Part shown: in pieces, positions 63,474 to 64,000 of the stretch
How positions within the stretch are numbered: the stretch's first letter is position 1
Layout: each line of letters opens with the position of its first letter
Origin: Squalus acanthias
Taxonomy: Eukaryota
Direction of reading: 5' to 3'
Assembly: GCA_030390025.1 (NCBI GenBank)
Contig: CM059438.1
Location: forward strand, 27,404,001-27,468,000
DNA: 64,000 nt
Translations under genes and position numbers: made by a program
Notes under the pieces: generated by a model
What the model was told of the DNA's origin: nothing
The model's input: only the letters and a program-made list of their open reading frames with translations
Database searches by the model: none

Positions 63474-64000
63474 TTGATATAATTACCTACTGAATGCCCT
63501 CACTGAAAACCGCTCAGTTATTGTGCTCAAGACAGTTGGGCCAAACTTTCCTGTTAGTTTTTACAGAACATTACTGTAGCGTGCACCTCGTTTGTAACAC
63601 GCAAAATATGTGTCCTGAGGGGGGGAGGTTATTGGAATAACGGTGCCCTTATATTTAACTGATTGAAGATTTATGTGAACTCTGATTTTTAAGTAATGTA
63701 ACATAATAAAGTTATAGAATGACATATTACTGGAAAAGCACCATTTTTAAGAACTGTTGTCACTTGACCTCTACTATCGATTTTTCGTGGCAAGTATAAA
63801 TTCCGAGCATCTAAACCGGAGAGTCACTAAGCTTGCTTCTGCTCAATGAATAAAAAATTGAATTATCTAATAATTTGAATTAAGCAACATAAATAACGGA
63901 GTAAAGTGGGACTTTTAATGCCGAAAATCTTGAATTATCAGATAATTTGCATCAAGTGAATAAGGAGTAGACTGTAGCAGGGTTTACTCAACAAATTATG

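Overview
Vertebrate, non-coding, repeat-rich DNA. The repeat repertoire (CR1 and L2 LINEs, Deu-domain tRNA SINEs, PIF/Harbinger elements and MITEs, Penelope-like termini) is typical of a cartilaginous fish; that assignment is an inference. The only host coding sequence I can support is one 140-nt internal exon of MGMT (24076-24215, + strand), so most or all of the window is probably MGMT intron, a locus known in other vertebrates for long-range enhancers near EBF3. A decayed but structurally complete two-gene Harbinger transposon lies at 33073-37116. The most interesting signal is a family of three short Penelope-derived inserts flanked by target-site duplications (TSDs) and built around a minimal hammerhead-ribozyme motif: 21465-21636, 62277-62505 and 63276-63473. 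The last two are fold-back palindromes, one with perfect 98-bp arms. All calls were made by eye; repeat boundaries are approximate unless a TSD or terminal inverted repeat (TIR) is quoted.
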